From Zygnema circumcarinatum SAG 698-1b (taxonomy: Eukaryota; Plantae; Zygnematophyceae): a stretch of DNA of 64,000 nt. A program made the position numbers and the translations under genes. How positions within the stretch are numbered: position 1 is the stretch's first letter; every line of letters begins with the position of its first letter. Shown piece by piece: positions 57,401-64,000 of the stretch. The notes under the pieces were generated by a model. It did not search any database and was not told where the DNA came from. It saw only the letters and a list, made by a program, of their open reading frames with translations. The stretch covers positions 3,387,909 to 3,451,908 of the forward strand of contig CM074804.1 in NCBI GenBank assembly GCA_037447605.1. The letters run 5' to 3'.

Positions 57401-60273
57401 GTTTGCGCTCTTATCCTCTGTTTCGGATACTTTAATATTTTCTTTCCCTCTTCCGCCCCACCTGTCTGCTAACTACTTGTTTAGGTTGTGGTTTTCCCTC
57501 TCTTCATGTACTGCAAAAAAAGTTTGACTTGTCGACTTGCGTGCTCACCAACATCAGAACATCTCAATCGCTTCTACACATATTCATGCTGAGGCTGGAT
57601 CGATTTTTAGCTAGTAATGTAGATGCAATGATGCGCGAGTTTCTCAAGTTGGAAATGCGACCTTTGTTGAACAAGGGAGATGGTAGGGGCATGTTTCATT
57701 CACGTTCCATTGTATCTTTGCCCTCTTTTAGAATTTGCGCTTTGTAGTTTGCAAGAAGCTGATCGTCATTTTTTTAGGTAGTGTTGCAATCAATGTTTTA
57801 TCCTATGGTTGGAGCTAAAGCATACACTGTCATTGAATTGGAGTTTTCAGCTTACACCTTAATTGATAAGATACTCTGGCATAAGAAGAAGGTAAGAGTT
57901 TTGAAATATGAGCTTACTTTTTGTATTTGTTGTCCAAATGAAGTGACTTAGGCTGTTAATGGGTAGTTGCTGAATTTTTTCAATGGATGTTGCCTGTCGT
58001 ATTCCTACCTGGTCAATGGCTGCAGACAATTGAGGGTGTCGAACAGGAGCTATCAAATGTGGATGCAGCTCTTCAAGAGGCAGCAGAAACTCTCAGCCAT
58101 GTGTCTGTATTTGTACCGCTTTTGGCTACATGGGGAGGCCAAGACTCGTTAGTGTCTTCACAACTAAGGGCCGCATTGGCGCAAGCAGTAAGCACATCAT
58201 ATGACGATAGAAGAGGGAACGAGAGTGGTCTTGAAGGGCCAGACATAGCAGGGCAAGTGAAGGATGGCAAAAGCCTGAAGATGGGGAAAGGGGACGAGCT
58301 AGCACCATTGGAGGACATTATTAAAAGTTTAATGAAAATCAAAGACACTGTGGAAGCAGGCTCAAGAGAAAAGGAGGTGAATGAGCAGCTGGAGACCACG
58401 ATACAACAAACCAGGTTGGTATACTGGTTGCTTTGATTGGTTGCTCAGATGGAATCACTTGTTGGGCCGTTTTGCTAAGTTGCGATGTTTCCTTCAATCA
58501 GTCTACTGAGTCATTTGAACCAAACCATGGGTGCTCTCTTTGCTGCTTTCCTCATCAGTAAGGGTGAGGCCACAGAAAGATGCCTTCATGCAATTCAGTA
58601 ACCCATGCCCCAAATAAGGTGGAGTTGTGAGTGTCTTGCAACGTATGACGAAGTGGAGCTGACCAAAGGCAGGAATCATGATGATATGCAGACGGTTGGA
58701 TTTCGTGTGGCGGAGTGAGAAACGTGCGCAAGAGGAGGAGATCGCCTTTTACAGAGGCTGCCATGCAGTCAATGTGAGTCTGTAATTCCCTTGCAATTGT
58801 AGGTATTTGGGATGTTCAGGCTGATTTTCCTTCATGCAATCATTAACGTATAGACAATTGTATTAAGGTTATTTGTGGAGGCACTGTCCACCCTGTACCG
58901 TGTTTGTGTGAAGATAGTCTTTAGCCCTTGGAGAGCCTTCTGCGGTGATATCAATATCTTGATGTTGACGTGCCAATGACCGTTTACGCAGCTGTACTGA
59001 ATGATGCAGGCGGCGCATGTGGAGAGGGTCACTCGCGTGGCACAAAGTGCATTGGAGAATGCCTTAGGAAATGCAACTAAGGTCATAGCTGTCGCTGCAG
59101 CAGCCATTCAACAGGTATGGTTGTGGGCCCCAGCCCCTCCTGTGCCGTAGGCTGTGACATGGATTGGCGTGCTAGAGAGTAAGCGTGGAAGCAGAGATGA
59201 CACGTACATTATCAGCTCTTTTGTTTGATGACGTCGAATAGCAGCCTGCGCTTGCCATTTGTTTTCAGGCCAAGTTATAATTAAAATAAAGCTGTTGTAT
59301 TGGTATTTGTTGGAGTCTAATGCGGCTCAAAAAACCAAATGTGTGATATCCTGACAAGAATGGCCTTCATGCTTTGCTCCAGGTTCTAATCGCTATGCAC
59401 CAGAGCCAAACCATGTCTTCAGACGAAGCAGACGTGCAAGTGCTCAAGCAGCTGCAGGTAAGGAGACTCTGTGGCCTTGATGTGAGACCTAAATTGTTTG
59501 TGGTGTTGTTCTCTGTGCACTTGATTTGCATTGAGCTGGGTGTACTTATGAATCCTTCAAATTCTGGATCGACCTCTTGTATTGTCCGGAAAAAAATGAT
59601 ATCAAACAGCACTGTTTAGCCCGTCACATTGGATGAAGGCAGGCAAATGTAATTTTTGATAGACTAGCTCCTTCACAAAAGCTGCACAATGGACGCCGTC
59701 TGCCTTCATTCTCCGTTTAATCCAACGTTTCGCTGAAACCACATGGTTGCATGCTTTGATTCCTGCAGAGTGCTGCCCCATCCCTGCGACGATTTGTGGA
59801 AGTATTGCCAGAGACTCTAAAGACTCTGTCAGCTGGGGGAGAAGGGGACGGGGAAGGGGGAGGGGAAGGAACTCCGTCTATAGTGAAACAGGCAGCCGGG
59901 AAAGTGATGAGCGCCCTTGAGCGAGAGTACAAGGACCGCCTCCAGGTGAGAGGCGTGCGGGAGTTCTGTGATGCTCGTCCATCCCGTATGGTGTCCATCC
60001 AGACTTAGAAAAGCTTCACACTTTTGGAATTCGAAACCATACGCGCTTTCTCGCGAAATAAGTACTAACAGCGAATTGAAAAGTACTTCCTTCCAAAACA
60101 AACAAATTTCATTTCAAAGTTTCAAGTCAGAAATCCCCAAATGTTCAAGGTGGACGTTAGGTCTAGGTAACCGCACTCGACTTTTAGCTGGAACACATTT
60201 GGATATAAGCACATAGAGAAATTCTCCCTTGCTCGCTCCGTACCCCCCACTCCCCACTCCCCCNNNNNNNNNN

Positions 60274-60313
<40 letters not shown>

Positions 60314-60567
60314 CCCCCTTCTCCCCTCTGTGAATGCTTAAGCCTAGCCCTATATGTAGGCTCTGAAACCGGCTTTAACCCTTGAGCTCACTCGCTTCCT
60401 TGGCCGTGGTGTATGGTTTCCTTCAAATTTTGCAGGTTATTTTTGAGAGTCTACAGACAAAGCGTGGGGAAGCTTACAGACTGAGGAGTATTTCGATTCC
60501 CCCCTCTCGGAGCTCTGTCTCTCCTTCGAGCATTGTCACCAGCTCAGAAGCTTTCAATGGAGTGTGA
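51482..60567 (+). CDS. Uncharacterised large protein: Ser/Arg/Pro-rich disordered regions plus coiled-coil exons
   Basis: Long ORFs at 51482-52396 and 55758-56753. In-phase GT-AG exons include VNALQEENEDLRRKLIDLE, MADNPAALEHWKLHLLRTQNSQLENQ|LLATT, LQTIEGVEQELSNVDAALQEAA, SAAPSLRRFVEVLPETL..EREYKDRLQ and a final exon 60438-60567. The family was not recognised. Confidence 0.65.
60244..60330. other. Assembly gap (10 N at 60264-60273) inside an intronic poly-C tract
   Basis: Seen directly. Confidence 0.95.
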
Positions 60568-61647
60568 GCACTGCATTGTGAGTACGTGCGTTGTCGGAAC
60601 ATCCTTATTTGTCACAAGCTGGAATAAAATTTGCTTTTCTTTTTTTCTGTCCTCTTTCTGCAAGAAGGCCACTCTGCAGTATGGAAGATTCCACTTTTCC
60701 ACTCTCCCTCCCATTCAATGAAATCGTAATGCTCGTATGTAAGATTTTCTCCAGCACCATGATGCGTTGCGGGTACTATTAAAACGAGAGCGTGAATGTA
60801 TTACTTGCTTGCCTGCCTTTCATTTTTATGGAAAAGAAGCGTCCACATATTTCCATGAGCGAATTGGCAAATGACAGAATGACAGAATTCCTCGCTTTTT
60901 CGTTTTTGGCTTTTAGTGGTACCAAAGACACCTGATCCATTTCTGATCCTCCTGTGCTATCGAACAATACATGTCGGGGTTGTAGCAACCTGCACTTAAT
61001 TGGAGTTGGAGGGAAGGGGTTGTTTTAGTACCACACCTGTATGTGTCTGAAACTTTTTAACATTTTAAACCTGTCCTTTTACAGAACTAAAGTGCGAATT
61101 ACACTGTACTTTTCGTGGTCCAGACGGTCGCATTTTACTCTTCCTTTTATTTTCGTACCTTCTCCCTACAGAGCTGCCCCATACTCACTGGCCCTTCCGC
61201 AGAACAGATTTTTAAAAAGTGAAAATAAATTTGAAAAAGCATGAGAACGAATCCTAAGTGAAAGACGAAGTAGGCAGTAATGGATGGAGGATGGTAGGAG
61301 TAGCTCCTAGGAGTAGCAGTTAGGATGGAGAAGGCAGTCCAATTCCCACATTTATAGCGGCCCATCTCGTGATCCACTAGTTCTGTTATTAGCAGTTTGA
61401 AGGAAACAACAGCATTAAATTCGGGGCTTGACGGGATATTTTTATTTACAATCTCCGCTAACTCTAATCATTAACACTGTGGACAGCTGAATGGACAACT
61501 TCAGCTTAGTCTTCAAAGACCTTCAGAGGCTTAGACTTCATTAAGGGCAATTTATTTCAGTAATAAAGGCATGAAATACACTGTTGGCATCATCTGCCTA
61601 TTGCCCATTTCTCAAAGGATTGACGTCCCCACTAAAGAAGGCGTTCA

Positions 61648-63919
61648 TCATCTACTGCTGAAGGCCTTTTCAAAGAGTTGGCGGTACTCGCTTTGCAGCT
61701 CGGCGATGTCTGCCAGACGAATCTGCAGACACACAGACCATCCCCTTGCTGCAGCTCAGATGAATAACCGAGAAGACTGGCTTTCACTATTGCTGATATC
61801 ATTATGATGATATTAAGCTGCGACCCCAGCCCATCCCATTACTAACTCGACTGATAATTTGAAACAAACAGAAAGAAAGTCCTCAAAATCTTTCCTGAAC
61901 TCTAAGGAACGGATAAGCACCTCTTGCACGTTAGAGACATGGTAGAAGCGCCACGCCGGATGATCACCTTCGTGTGAGTCAGTCAGTGCACCACTGCTCC
62001 CCCAGCAAGTGATTGCAATCATTGACTGCAGTAAATGCATCATACATACTGTTTTCTAGAAGGAAAAAAAGTAGCTTTGAAGGAAGGGAATGTGCTGCTC
62101 ACAGATCAATGTAAGCTGCCAGTCGGTGGTAGTCCGAAAGAAGTGGGCTTAATTCTCTCATGCTAAGGTGGTTTGGATCCACCTGAGTCAGATGCAAACG
62201 TGCTGCCTCTACCGCCTTCTGCAAACATGCTGTCAACAAATGAAAAGAAACGCACGGAGCTAGAAAGCTCTCACTGACTTAAATCTGCTAAGTTGCGCAC
62301 AGCATCTGGTGCTTTTCTGTTCTTACTGCGGGAGAAATCTTTCTAGTAGCGGCCTCATTCGTTTGCTGTGCTGAAAGGATGCGTAGCCCTAAATGGACGA
62401 GCTCGCCATCATCCAAGCCATGCACCGAGCGCACTACCCCCGGCGCTGCAGATGGCGGTTTTTCAGAAAGCTCCATTTTTTTCCGAAGGGAAGCCATAGA
62501 GCTGTCGTCTGGAATCTGTGCATGTTCCAGTTTTCGACCAGCCAATTCACCTTCATGACTTCCATGGCCATCACTCCATCAAGAATGCAATGGATCGCAA
62601 CATTTGCATAGGAACTTAAAGCATCCAAATAAGGAACAATAAATCAATAAATAGAGCGTGAGTAGAGTCTTCCGTCTGACACATAGAGAACTTACAAAGT
62701 TTGTCCCTATAGCTGGTTTGTGCTCCTCTTCAAGCTGAGGAGCCATAGCTGCCTTTTGCTCCGCTTCACGCTGAGCCGCCTTTTTAGCAAGAGGATCATC
62801 TGCCATGGTGAAAGACCAGTTCAATTCATGCATGCAAGGCTACTAAAGAAAAAAAATCGGTGAAAATGAAAAGAGTTCAGAGTTCCGCTCCCAGGAACGT
62901 AAATCAGGAGCTCAAGACAAAGACGATCAAGGAGGGGAAAGGAAGGAGGAGAAAGGAGTGGAGATTAGAATACAAACCAGGCAGTATATGGGAACCCGAA
63001 AAGAACGTATCATAGTTAGTAGGGAGGAAAGCGATGCACAAAGACGGATTCCTAGAGTTGGTTTTGAAGGCCTCCTCCTCTCTACGCCCTGAGAAAATTG
63101 CCCAGGGCTCCCATCATGCACTCACCATCGGAAACCAGCCACCAAATGTCATCAAATGTCGTCTTCCCATCGAAACCTCCCATTAGCAGCAATCGTTTAT
63201 CGACACGTGTCATTGTGTGATAAGCACGAGGAGGTGGCGGCTCGCTGCTTATCGCCAACTTCCGCCATTGGACAGTTGCTGCTCCCATTCATTCCCATCT
63301 TCCCGATAGATGTTTAGTGCCTCAGCAAAAGGTACTGGTCCAAGAAAGGTTCTATGTTCTAACTTTCATCACCGCTCTTCAAAGCAATGCAACATAGACC
63401 TCTCCCGCAGAGAAGCCGCAGCAAGCGCACCTCTATCCAGTACAACGCAGTCATTAAAGTACACGTCGTACCGAGAGATCCACCCTCCCGTACCATGGCC
63501 TCCAAAGATAACTACCTGCCCTCATGGCAAAAAAAGGTTCTCAATACGGTGAAGGGCCACCAAGAAAAAGCCCCTATTTACCGTGACCATGTCTCGTCTA
63601 CTTACAGCTCATGTGCTGCCAAAAGTAGGACTCTTCATTCAGGTTCTGGGAGAACCCATGACTTTTGCGCCTCAAAGAATAGAAATATGATTACACCCTC
63701 TGAGGACAACCTCGCCAATGCTTACCAGAGTTCCAATAGCGGAAGATGTATGGCCACAGCGGGCAGCCGGTGAGCTTCCCGGAATTTTTAAATTGGTCCA
63801 TGCAACTTCCTTTTCTGCCTTAAACCAGCCTCCAGAAACCTGCCACGAATCAGCAATTGCTCCTTTTCCCATTAAGACTACAAGTTCCTGCGAATTCTCA
63901 GACGTTATTACTATTTCCT

Positions 63920-63950
<31 letters not shown>

Positions 63951-64000
63951 AGGAAAAAGCTCGATTTATGCCCTCTCCATCAGTAGAATACCATATATGC
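61648..64000 (-). CDS. Kelch-repeat (galactose-oxidase superfamily) protein similar to Arabidopsis At2g36360-type; 5' part lies beyond the window
   Basis: [91 protein letters not shown]|[17 protein letters not shown], with the stop at 61648-61650. Confidence 0.85.
63924..63949 (+). repeat. (CTG)n microsatellite, intronic in the kelch gene
   Basis: Seen directly: ctgctgctgctgctgctgctgctgct. Confidence 0.8.

Noticed and set aside
1-64000. tRNA genes and prokaryotic operon or defence systems
   Set aside because: None recognised by eye, and the window is spliceosomal-intron eukaryotic DNA. tRNAscan-SE would be needed to exclude tRNAs formally.

Overview
Gene-dense, intron-rich eukaryotic nuclear DNA from a non-seed streptophyte. 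The lineage is inferred from the bryophyte/charophyte-type 5S rRNA, the NDF5-like gene and the plant-type gene set; a zygnematophycean or similar alga is plausible but cannot be proven here. Genes in order: NDF5/PnsB2-family plastid NDH factor (-), orphan GDPD first exon (-), PRL1 (-), ATG4 (+), MIS12 (+), SMUBP-2/IGHMBP2-type SF1 helicase (+), proteasome beta-7 (-), THUMP/RlmL-type rRNA methyltransferase (-), bacterial-type poly(A) polymerase/nucleotidyltransferase (+), a large uncharacterised Ser-rich coiled-coil gene (+) and the 3' part of a kelch-repeat gene (-). An accessory block at about 16.2-20.7 kb holds a Copia RT relic, about 1.5 units of a 1153-bp 5S rDNA repeat with a palindrome-built spacer, a 1.3-kb Mutator-like TIR element whose empty target site survives one unit away, and a 69-bp minisatellite. 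The most unusual observation is the helicase gene. It carries an R3H domain N-terminal to the helicase, with the join inside one exon, and appears to start with the Lys/Ala-rich leader of plant ABCF1. One of its introns holds about 640 bp of C-rich repeat and about 800 bp of degenerate telomere repeat. All calls come from reading the sequence and recalled family motifs; no searches were run, and exon boundaries are manual.
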